DNA from: Candidatus Thorarchaeota archaeon
Lineage (GTDB): Archaea > Asgardarchaeota > Thorarchaeia > Thorarchaeales > Thorarchaeaceae
NCBI GenBank assembly: GCA_963726195.1
Contig: CAVSBO010000003.1
Coordinates: forward strand, 704,001 to 768,000
Direction: 5' to 3'
DNA: 64,000 nt
Shown: piece after piece, positions 19,530 to 27,681 of the stretch
Layout of the letters: each line of letters opens with the position of its first letter
Numbering within the stretch: the stretch's first letter is position 1
The notes under the pieces: generated by a model
Database searches by the model: none
The model's input: the letters and a program-made list of their open reading frames with translations, nothing else
What the model was told of the DNA's origin: nothing
Position numbers and translations under genes: made by a program

Positions 19530-20933
19530 TCACCTCCATATCTGACCGAGCGCTGCAGAGACAGCTCCCTCGGTGGCGGCAGTGATTGCCCTTCGTTCGA
19601 GACTGTCCAAGTCCACATCAATGACCATCACCATGACGTGGCTTTGGAGCACATCAGAAGGTATCTTTCCGGCAGCCAAGTGACCAGCTACGGCCTTGGC
19701 AGCACCAGATTGGACCGGACCATAGAAAACAGACGCCTGACGCATTGATCCGATTTTCCGTCCCGGCAGCATTAAACTGGACGGCTTGACAGCTAGGTTG
19801 GGCTCAAGAATCACTGACAAAGCCTCCCTGCCGATTCTTGGGCTAGTCAACAAGCGGACAAATGCAGATCCCAATGGTCCGGCTTTGGGTCCGCACACGA
19901 TGCTAACAGTGCAAGCTTGGTTTGACCCATGTCCAAGCTTCAGACCTCGTTGCTGCTCGGAGCTCATACCAGCGTCCGACAGAACACTATTGATATCGAC
20001 CTCCTTTGCGGGGGAGACATGCTTTGAGCTCTCGATCAGACCGAGCTTCTCCAGCTCGACTCTGATCTCCTCCTTGAGTTCCGGAGTCAGCGTTCCACCC
20101 GTGTTAAGTGGCATCCGAGTTTTCCCCGCGTCAATCCCCATCATCTTGAGTGCGGCTTTCACCGGAGGAGCTCCCCCGTATCTCGTGACTATGCGGGTAA
20201 GAGTCTGTACTGAGAGCTGAATCTTGAGGGCCCCATCCAAGTCACCTTTTCGGACTTTCTTCATTAGGTCCATCCAGAGATGGGGAATAATGTTCGCCGA
20301 CGCCATGATGGCTGCATTTACGCCTGCTGTCACGGCAGAGAAGAACACCTCATCGTTGCCATCTATCACAGCAATTCGGCCCTTGAGCTTCTGCAGTAGT
20401 TCCAGCATGTAGGTCATGTTACCGCTGCTGTCCTTGATACCGACGACGTTGTCAATGTCTGCTAGATCCTCTACCACGTTCGGAGGTACAACGCCTATGC
20501 CACCCATCTGTGGAATGTTGTAGAGTATTATTGGCAAGTCGCTCTTTCTTGCTACAGTGGCGTAATGCTCGTATAGGCCCTTGTCATTCGGTTTGAGATA
20601 GAACGGAGAGACAACCAAGGCAGCATCACAGCCGATATCGGCGGCGTATTTCGATAGTTCAGTCGCCGCCTTGGTGCTAGTCTGACCCGTGCCTGCGATT
20701 ATTGGAACACGGCCGTTGACGAACTTCATCGTGATATCCAGCAGCTTCTTTCGTTCGTCCATGTTCATGTAGACAAATTCACCAGTCGTTCCGGCAGGCA
20801 CAACTCCGGTGGCGCCCTTGCTTATCGTGTAATCGATGATTTCACGATAGCTTTGTTGGATAAGGTCGCCGTCCTTATTGAACGGTGTAACGAGCGCGGG
20901 GAACACACCTTTAGGCACGAACTTCTTGGGCAT
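19530..20933 (-). CDS. DapA-family aldolase (catalytic motifs intact) fused to a degenerate Fae-like domain
   Basis: ALVTPF, AGTTGEF, LYNIP and GIKDSSG. C-terminal GPKAGPLGSAF...VILEPNLAVKPSSL...FYGPVQSGAAKAV is Fae-like but lacks the AHxD motif. Confidence 0.88.
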   Translation of the reverse strand: MPKKFVPKGVFPALVTPFNKDGDLIQQSYREIIDYTISKGATGVVPAGTTGEFVYMNMDERKKLLDITMKFVNGRVPIIAGTGQTSTKAATELSKYAADIGCDAALVVSPFYLKPNDKGLYEHYATVARKSDLPIILYNIPQMGGIGVVPPNVVEDLADIDNVVGIKDSSGNMTYMLELLQKLKGRIAVIDGNDEVFFSAVTAGVNAAIMASANIIPHLWMDLMKKVRKGDLDGALKIQLSVQTLTRIVTRYGGAPPVKAALKMMGIDAGKTRMPLNTGGTLTPELKEEIRVELEKLGLIESSKHVSPAKEVDINSVLSDAGMSSEQQRGLKLGHGSNQACTVSIVCGPKAGPLGSAFVRLLTSPRIGREALSVILEPNLAVKPSSLMLPGRKIGSMRQASVFYGPVQSGAAKAVAGHLAAGKIPSDVLQSHVMVMVIDVDLDSLERRAITAATEGAVSAALGQIWR

Positions 20934-20968
20934 CGGATTCACTGGGCAGCAAGCCGGTCCGCAGGTGC

Positions 20969-20982
20969 TATATAAGTTTCTA
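20969..20982 (-). promoter_or_regulatory. BRE/TATA promoter of the DapA-Fae pair
   Basis: Minus strand reads GAAAC-TTATATAG about 35-45 nt upstream of the ATG at 20933. Confidence 0.55.
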
Positions 20983-21065
20983 AAGAGCATGTCCCGGCAT
21001 ATGGAGAAGAAAGAGGTAATTTCTGACCTCACAAACGAATCGGCATGAGACTTGAAATGCAAGAT

Positions 21066-21106
21066 GAGAAAGAGAGGGTGTGCCGATCCCGCTTGGAATC
21101 GGCACC
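21066..21106 (-). terminator. Hairpin followed by a pyrimidine tract (terminator-like)
   Basis: GUGCCGAUUCC-AAGC-GGGAUCGGCAC 11-bp stem followed by ACCCUCUCUUUCUC. Confidence 0.6.
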
Positions 21107-21107
21107 A

Positions 21108-21340
21108 GGGGTCTAGGTTAGTTTCTGTTACTTCAAGGTCACGTTCCAGTGGTGGAGGTTGGTGCCGTTCAGGCCCAAGGTCCGCCTGGAGGAACTATTG
21201 GTAGTCCGCCTGCTTTTGCGTTCATTCGGTTATTCACCGAAAATGCTTTCAGCCACCAACCTCAATCCGGCCGATTGACAGTCTTCTACTGTTTTCGGCT
21301 CCGAGAGAAGCAGAGACTGTCATACGCCACCGGAAAACCC
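21108..21340 (-). ncRNA. Putative structured RNA or leader enclosing an 18-codon ORF
   Basis: Stems GGGUUU/AGACCC, UUCCGGUGG/CCACUGGAA, UGACAGUCU/AGACUGUCA, GAGGUUGGUG/CACCAACCUC and UCGGU/ACCGA. Confidence 0.5.
21169..21225 (-). CDS. Candidate micro-peptide MNAKAGGLPIVPPGGPWA
   Basis: ATG at 21225 preceded by a GGTGA Shine-Dalgarno at normal spacing; ends at TGA. Confidence 0.35.
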   Translation of the reverse strand: MNAKAGGLPIVPPGGPWA

Positions 21341-21427
21341 AACGAGATTATATGACCTCGAGCACACTCATTACCGGAGAGGTGGCCTTACTTTTCTTCG
21401 AAAGAGAACTCAATCTCATGATACTGG

Positions 21428-22387
21428 CTAGGATGTTGTACGCCAGATCCCTTCAGGACTGACCTTGGCAAGGCTAGCCTTCTCCAAGTCGCGGAGTGCA
21501 ACTTCGATTGTCGTAGGAAGAAGAGCACTCAGTCCTTGAGGGACAGGCACAGTCCGGCTTTGCTCCATATCAAACGCGAGCTGTTCAATGTCAGCCTCAC
21601 CCCGAGCCGACAGATCGTCGAGCACGCAGTCGAGAAACTGCACGACGCCCTCTTTGACTTCATCCAGCTGTGGTTTTGCGTCTTCCATGACATGGGGAAC
21701 ATCATGGCTTGGAAGCACGTAATCAATTTCCATGGATGAGAGCCGCTCTATTGAGGAGAGCTTCGTGGTAAGACTACCGCTGAGATCTACATAGAACTTG
21801 CGCGGCTCGTTCGGGAAATTATTCACCTCATCTCCCGAGAATAGCAGCTTTCTCTCAGAATCATAGAAGGCGCAGTGTCCTGCAGAATGACCCCCGGTAT
21901 GAATCACGCTGAGAGTCACCTGACCTACCTTCACTTGGTCACCTTGGCTCAGAACTCTGTCAGGTTTCTGCCCGACGTAGTTGACCTTGAGCGGGCTTTG
22001 GTCAACTTTCATGGCAAGGCGACCCGCAAGATTCAGCCTTAGCCTTTCCCGAACGAACGTGCTTGGCCTTTCAAGGAGGTCCTTGTCTCTGCTGTGAATC
22101 ATCACTGGAGCACCGGTTGCTCTTCTTAGCCGGGATGCACCCCCGATGTGGTCAGGATGACCATGGGTGCATAAGATGCCCACCAAGGATCGCTTCGGTT
22201 TCAGACCTAATGATGCAATCGCCTTGAGAATGTTTTCGCCCGGATCTGCATAGGTTCCCGCATCGATAATGAGGGCCTCTTGGCCATCGACAACCAAGTA
22301 GCTTGATATGAAGCCAAATTGGGAATCAAACCTGCCTCTTATGGAATAGATACCGGGGATTATTTCTGAAAAGAGCATCTCAGCCAA
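21428..22387 (-). CDS. MBL-fold metallo-hydrolase
   Basis: THGHPDHIGG, HTGGHSAGH, LFSGD and PSHD motifs. Confidence 0.9.
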   Translation of the reverse strand: MAEMLFSEIIPGIYSIRGRFDSQFGFISSYLVVDGQEALIIDAGTYADPGENILKAIASLGLKPKRSLVGILCTHGHPDHIGGASRLRRATGAPVMIHSRDKDLLERPSTFVRERLRLNLAGRLAMKVDQSPLKVNYVGQKPDRVLSQGDQVKVGQVTLSVIHTGGHSAGHCAFYDSERKLLFSGDEVNNFPNEPRKFYVDLSGSLTTKLSSIERLSSMEIDYVLPSHDVPHVMEDAKPQLDEVKEGVVQFLDCVLDDLSARGEADIEQLAFDMEQSRTVPVPQGLSALLPTTIEVALRDLEKASLAKVSPEGIWRTTS

Positions 22388-22519
22388 GGACAGGCAACCT
22401 CGGCCTTATGACAATTTCGCGAGATAAAACACAGCCAATCTAGGACGTACAGCCGCTTATCACAGGTAGCAAGCATTAAATGCTCGTGACTTCGCACGTC
22501 TTGCTCAGAGGATTCTGGA

Positions 22520-22741
22520 ATGCCGAACTGGAGGAACATCTTTCAGGAGATGAAGAGTAACGGGCAGGTGTTTACAGTCTACCTGCGTTATATGCAGAAA
22601 GATACACTAGCCAAGATACCGAATGTGCGTGTCAGCGAGGTCTATGATGACCACGTAAAGCTCGAGAACGCTTCCGGATACGGCATTCTCGGGTTCGATG
22701 ACGTACTCTACATCTCTATTGCGCGGCAAAGCGGCACATGA
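22520..22741 (+). CDS. Small beta-rich protein (possibly Sm-like/SH3-like barrel)
   Basis: 73-aa ORF with a GAGGA RBS and an upstream TTAAAT; an N-terminal helix followed by about five predicted strands. Confidence 0.65.
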   Translation: MPNWRNIFQEMKSNGQVFTVYLRYMQKDTLAKIPNVRVSEVYDDHVKLENASGYGILGFDDVLYISIARQSGT

Positions 22742-22845
22742 GCATATACCGCAGTCTTCAGAAGAAGTTCGTCTATCAAATCGCGGCAGACAATGTGAGT
22801 TATGCCGAATTGGGAAATGATGTTAGCTTGCGTGCCAGTCCACTT

Positions 22846-22887
22846 GAAAAGAAAAGGGAGTGGCTAGGAATCACAATCCCTAGCCAC
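22846..22887 (-). terminator. Hairpin plus U-rich tract downstream of the surface-protein gene
   Basis: GUGGCUAGGGAU...AUUCCUAGCCAC stem followed by UCCCUUUUCUUUUC. Confidence 0.65.
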
Positions 22888-22894
22888 AAAGACA

Positions 22895-25111
22895 CTATTT
22901 TCCACCTTTACGCATCAAGCGGATGATGAGCATCAACACAATGCCCGCCACAAACCCGCCGGCCAAAAAGGCCACGTCTGTCATTGTAATCGGCGGCTGC
23001 ACGGTGGTCGTAGTCGTAGTGCTAGCAACAACATCCACTTCTATCCAAAGCATCCCGGTTGTAGTCCCATTGATCATGCCCGTGACTTCGATCACAGCAC
23101 GCATGCCAGTCTTTGCAGACGAAGGCACTACGATCGTGAGGTTCAACAGACGAGACTTGCCCTGTCCCAGATTGAAACCATTAGGTGAAATGCTGGCAGT
23201 CCACCCATCTGGAACACCAGACAAAGACAGACTGAGGTAGCCTGTACTATTGAGATGGTTCGTAGCCCAAACCGGCAAGTAGATTGCTGTGGGAACGCCT
23301 GCGATAACCGTGTATATTTCGAAGTTGCGGTAGGCAACATTGTCGTACAGGTCCACATCGCCCGTGGCGACCGCTTGCACACCGATGCAAAAGTGGTCTG
23401 GTACCGTTGATGTAATCGTCCAGTTGACGTACACATCCGTTGAGAGACTGGGCGCCAATGATGCTATTGTCGTGCTACCTATCGGAATCCAAACTGAAGA
23501 CAGAGGAGTCGATGGTGGCAAGGGGATGAATTGTGCGAACGACACTGACATGTTGTGGTAGTAGAACTTGACCACAACATCAGTAGCCGTGGAGATGCCC
23601 AAGTTCGTCACTCGAGCATAGAGATGGTTCAGAACCCCTCTCTCTGGCACATCATGATGAGCAGAGCTGTAGCCATTGCTTGGTGCGTCGATCCATATCT
23701 CAGCGCCGGGCTCAGCAGTCCAACGGATGGAGCCAGGGACCGGAGGAGGATACTGCGACGCGATAGACGGTGCCACTCGAACATCGACATAGGTGCCGGT
23801 GAATAGCTCACCAACCTTGCCGCCCGTAAACTCTGTGAACCAGACATGAGTAGCCGGAAAAGGAGGCATGGAGGTCCGCGGCACGGTGAGGTAGAGCGGA
23901 TGGGAATTGGTTGTCGGAACCGTGAACTCGAGTGTCTTGTTCGATGGCGGTAGAATCAGCCCGATTTGATTTCCAGTGTACTCGGCATACCATGCACTAT
24001 CGTTGGTATCGATATCAATTCCCCAAGGTCCTGAAGGTGATGAAGGAACATTCCATACGTTCAACGGATCACCTATCACTTGGGGAGGAGTGCTGTATTC
24101 CTTGGGTCTAACAGGGGTCAGCTGAATCTGGATTCCTATCGACTTTGGGTCAACGATATTCTTGTCATCCACCAGTGTTCTTTGGATGGAGGTTATGCTT
24201 CCAGTTTTCTTGTAATTGCTTCCGGCGAGCTGCTCATTCACAAGGTCATTCGTGGGCTGAGTAACCCACACGTCTTGCTTGCTATCTAGAGCAAGTGCCA
24301 AACTGGAGCCACCAGCCACGAGTGGGTAGACAGAAGCACCCGCTCCAGGGTTGTTGAACTGAACCCTGTAGAGATAGTCAAGACGCAAGTCTGTCATGTA
24401 GAAACTCGCCCCGCTTGGCTTCATTTCTGCAAGACCAACGGGTAGGGGCCCGCCAGTGGCGCCCAGCACTACTAAGTTGTAGATGATTAGGAAACCGTTG
24501 AGGGGGTTCATCTCACAGAACTTAGATGAATTGAGCCCAGTGAACCAGATGTGACCGGTTGCCGGATCCATAAGCAAATCCCAAGGGTGAATGTTAAGGT
24601 TCCGCAGGATAGTCCAGTCCGTGAGTAGATTCGTTGTCCAGTTGAGGCGGCTAATCTGCATGCTGACGTAATCGGTGAACCAGACGCAGGTATGAGCATC
24701 ATCAACAATGATGTGGGCCGGACCACGCGTCATGTTCTGAGTGAGAGGCAGTTGCCACTTTAGCGCTACAGTAGACGTTTGGTTGATTGCCGTCGCCGGT
24801 GTCAGACGATAGACCCTGCTATTGAAGATGTCAGTGAACCAAATGAAACCATTGGCATCATAGGTTATGGCCGTCGGGTAGCTCGGACCTGCTGACGGCA
24901 CATAAGTCGTGGCGGGACTACCTACGGGTAGAACGTATTCCCGCATCAATGCACTTGATCCGGACCAGTCCGCAAGTGCGTGATAACCAATTGGCTCAGT
25001 CATTGTTTGTGTGACACTGTTTGATTGCGGGAGCGTCGTCTGTGCGAAGGCTGTGAAAGAAGCAACCAAGAAGACTACAACTAGAGACACTACTATGTTC
25101 TTGTTTGCCAT
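22895..25111 (-). CDS. Cell-surface protein: Vgb-lyase-like beta-propeller, Ig-like/CARDB/NEW3-like domains, Thr linker and C-terminal transmembrane anchor
   Basis: Signal peptide; repeated P-x-x-I-x-x-D...(V/I)WFT(D/E) blades; LSGVPDGWTA; TTTTTT linker; TM helix and basic tail. Confidence 0.8.
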   Translation of the reverse strand: MANKNIVVSLVVVFLVASFTAFAQTTLPQSNSVTQTMTEPIGYHALADWSGSSALMREYVLPVGSPATTYVPSAGPSYPTAITYDANGFIWFTDIFNSRVYRLTPATAINQTSTVALKWQLPLTQNMTRGPAHIIVDDAHTCVWFTDYVSMQISRLNWTTNLLTDWTILRNLNIHPWDLLMDPATGHIWFTGLNSSKFCEMNPLNGFLIIYNLVVLGATGGPLPVGLAEMKPSGASFYMTDLRLDYLYRVQFNNPGAGASVYPLVAGGSSLALALDSKQDVWVTQPTNDLVNEQLAGSNYKKTGSITSIQRTLVDDKNIVDPKSIGIQIQLTPVRPKEYSTPPQVIGDPLNVWNVPSSPSGPWGIDIDTNDSAWYAEYTGNQIGLILPPSNKTLEFTVPTTNSHPLYLTVPRTSMPPFPATHVWFTEFTGGKVGELFTGTYVDVRVAPSIASQYPPPVPGSIRWTAEPGAEIWIDAPSNGYSSAHHDVPERGVLNHLYARVTNLGISTATDVVVKFYYHNMSVSFAQFIPLPPSTPLSSVWIPIGSTTIASLAPSLSTDVYVNWTITSTVPDHFCIGVQAVATGDVDLYDNVAYRNFEIYTVIAGVPTAIYLPVWATNHLNSTGYLSLSLSGVPDGWTASISPNGFNLGQGKSRLLNLTIVVPSSAKTGMRAVIEVTGMINGTTTGMLWIEVDVVASTTTTTTVQPPITMTDVAFLAGGFVAGIVLMLIIRLMRKGGK

Positions 25112-25201
25112 TAATCTAAATCTCTCCCTGATGGCATGCTTAGAATGCCTGTTTTTACATACAGACATCTCTCTATATCCTATTCGGTCGACATTGACAT
25201 G

Positions 25202-27103
25202 CTAGTTGCGTGAAAGACTGGCTCGAGTCCATTCCAAGGACAATCTCCGTAATGTGTCGTCCGTAGGAAGTCCGTTTTCTAGGTTCCATCCGCGCAATCT
25301 ATAGTAGTCGTTCAACATAGGTTCCAAGTTCACGCGCTGCCCCTTTCCCGGACCCTCAGGCATTGCCTCGTCTGTGAATCTACTTGGTAGCCGGTCATCC
25401 TTGCGGCCGATGCCTTCTCGTGCATTGAAGAGACGCTTCAATGTGACCTGACGTTCCGCGATTCTCTGTAGCTCACCCGTCGATCCGAGAGACTCAACAC
25501 CAGTTGCGACCGGTAGGACTTGTGCAAAGTCCTCGAGCCAGAATATCGGAGGCCATGATACACTGTACCAGCAGACTATCATTGAATCTCGTATGCAATA
25601 CACATTCTCGGTCTCTACGACGGCTGCAGCTTTATACTTCTCTGTGTAGGGGTCGACTATCTCAGGAAGCTTGTCACGACCCCATCTCTTGGCGGCCACT
25701 TCTTGGTAACCCAACTGGTCGACGGTCACAAGGCTCCGGAGGTGATCAGCCCCGCGTGCCCCAGTGGCATGAGAGAGACCAATACTTCTGTGAGTACGCC
25801 CATCTTGGCCCGAAACCTCCAATCCCTTCACCTGAATGGCATACCTTTCGCTCCCTCTGCCAATTCTACGGGCAGCCGCTCTGCTTCCTCCTGCCAAAAG
25901 CTCACCGAAGCCCTCCTTGTTGGCAATCATCTCTAGCAGACGCAGAGCCTGTTCACTGTTGCCCCATTCCAGCTTCATCCCATCTGTTATGCTCTCATCG
26001 ATAGCACCATTCTCGAAGGCTTCGATTGCAAACGCAATTGTCGCTCCCGTCGATATCATGTCGAGCCCTAGCTGATTGCAGAGCAGGTTGGCCTTCAAAG
26101 CGGTTGGAAAATCTGCGATGCCTAACAGACTGCCGAACGACATGAGGCCCTCATATTCGGGTCCTTCTCCGTATGTCCCTGCGTAGGGGCCATCACGAAC
26201 GTAGTTCACCTTCTTACAGCCCAGGCTGCATCCGAAACAAGCTCTGTCCGAGACTGTATACCTTGGTCGTATGTACTCGCCGCTCAGCTTCTCCCAGCCC
26301 TGGAACACGCCAGTACGATGGTTGTACGAGGGCAACTCCCCGATGGTCTGCTTTACTGAAGTCAGAATCCACGTTCCCCACTTGTGCATCTCCTGAGCCT
26401 GAGGATTCTGCCGAACTCGACGGTGGGCATCTTGTGCTAGCTTGACAAATGCATCATGATTGCTGACCTCGACTGACTGATGACCCCTAACAGCAATGGC
26501 TTTCACATTCTTTGAGCCTAGGACCGCGCCCATACCAGTCCTTCCTGCCGCCCGCGCGTTGTTGACAATGACCGATGCAAACCGCACAAGGCGTTCGCCC
26601 GCAGGCCCAATGGCCGCGACTTGGATGTCCGGATCCGCATGCTTCCTTCTGATTGCCGCCGTAACTTCGTTCGTTCTCAAGCCCCAGAACTCGGTGGCTC
26701 CCACCAACTGCAAATCCGAATCCTCAACGAGTATGTAAACTGGTTCCTCCGACTTTCCTTCAACAACGAGAACATCGTAACCAGCATACTTGAGTTCAGG
26801 TCCCAAGAACCCGCCGACGTGGCTCTCACCCCAGATTCCAGTAAGTGGTGACTTTGACACGAACACTGTCCGACCGCTCATTGGCCATAATGTGCCAGTC
26901 ACCGGGCCCGTGGCAATTATGAGCTTATTCGCCTCGCCAAGAGGATTTGTTCGCGGACCCACCTCCTCGAAGAGTATTCTTGCAGCGAAACCGTCGCCGC
27001 CTATGTAGTCACGGACCCAATCTGTTGATAGGGGTTCCGCACGAAAACTGCCCTTGGTCAGGTTCACTCTCAGGGTCTTCCCAGCATAGCCTCCGAGGCG
27101 CAA
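25202..27103 (-). CDS. aor: Tungsten-dependent aldehyde:ferredoxin oxidoreductase family protein
   Basis: GYAGKTLRVNL, KSPLTG, IGPAGE, RAAGRTGMGAVLGSKNVKAI, CFGCSLGC, GPEYE, GLDMIS and YYRLRGW motifs. Probable TTG start at 27103. Confidence 0.93.
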   Translation of the reverse strand: MRLGGYAGKTLRVNLTKGSFRAEPLSTDWVRDYIGGDGFAARILFEEVGPRTNPLGEANKLIIATGPVTGTLWPMSGRTVFVSKSPLTGIWGESHVGGFLGPELKYAGYDVLVVEGKSEEPVYILVEDSDLQLVGATEFWGLRTNEVTAAIRRKHADPDIQVAAIGPAGERLVRFASVIVNNARAAGRTGMGAVLGSKNVKAIAVRGHQSVEVSNHDAFVKLAQDAHRRVRQNPQAQEMHKWGTWILTSVKQTIGELPSYNHRTGVFQGWEKLSGEYIRPRYTVSDRACFGCSLGCKKVNYVRDGPYAGTYGEGPEYEGLMSFGSLLGIADFPTALKANLLCNQLGLDMISTGATIAFAIEAFENGAIDESITDGMKLEWGNSEQALRLLEMIANKEGFGELLAGGSRAAARRIGRGSERYAIQVKGLEVSGQDGRTHRSIGLSHATGARGADHLRSLVTVDQLGYQEVAAKRWGRDKLPEIVDPYTEKYKAAAVVETENVYCIRDSMIVCWYSVSWPPIFWLEDFAQVLPVATGVESLGSTGELQRIAERQVTLKRLFNAREGIGRKDDRLPSRFTDEAMPEGPGKGQRVNLEPMLNDYYRLRGWNLENGLPTDDTLRRLSLEWTRASLSRN

Positions 27104-27104
27104 C

Positions 27105-27617
27105 CTACTCCTCTCCACCCGATTGTTTCGCTATGGCGGTTCTCTCTATTTCCTTGAGATAGTTCGCTATCTTACCATGCCGGCTTCGTACGGCCGATTG
27201 CGCAATCGAGCCATACTGTATGGCTCCAGTCGGACAAGCCTTGGCGCACTCAGGATCGCCGCCGCAATGGTCGCACTTTATTACTCGCATCCTTGAGATG
27301 TCGAGTTTAATCACGCCATTGACACAGACCCCGGCACACGACTTACATAGAATGCATTTGTCCTCGTCTAGATAGGTCATCTTCGATATGGGGTCACGGC
27401 GCATTGCATAGACTGGACAGACATCAACGCAAGGGGCCTCCTCACATGGACCACACACGTTGGGAATGTCCATTCCAAGGTCATCGTAACGGACTATCTT
27501 CAGGCGTGCGAGAGCCGGGTTGAACAGACCTTCCTTTTTCGAGCTACAAGCTCACTCGCAGATTCTACAGCCCGTGCACTTTGTGTAGTCGACGGTCAGT
27601 TGCGCAGGCAGATTCAA
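27105..27617 (-). CDS. 4Fe-4S multicluster ferredoxin-like subunit of AOR, with an in-frame TGA at 27552-27554
   Basis: The upstream in-frame extension reads DYTKCTGCRICE*ACSSKKEGLFNPALARLKI, followed by CGPCEEAPCVDVCP, CILCKSCAGVC and KCDHCGGDPECAKACP. Confidence 0.85.
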
Positions 27618-27681
27618 CACCTCTTCACCATCCGACGCTCGTGCTTAGAAGCATCTCGGCAAGCGTGTCTTGGGTAGTGAA

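Noticed and set aside
18045-20933. Calling these genes lysine-pathway dapA
   Set aside because: One lacks the catalytic Lys, both lack the Arg138 equivalent, both carry Fae domains, and no other dap genes are adjacent apart from a generic M20 peptidase.
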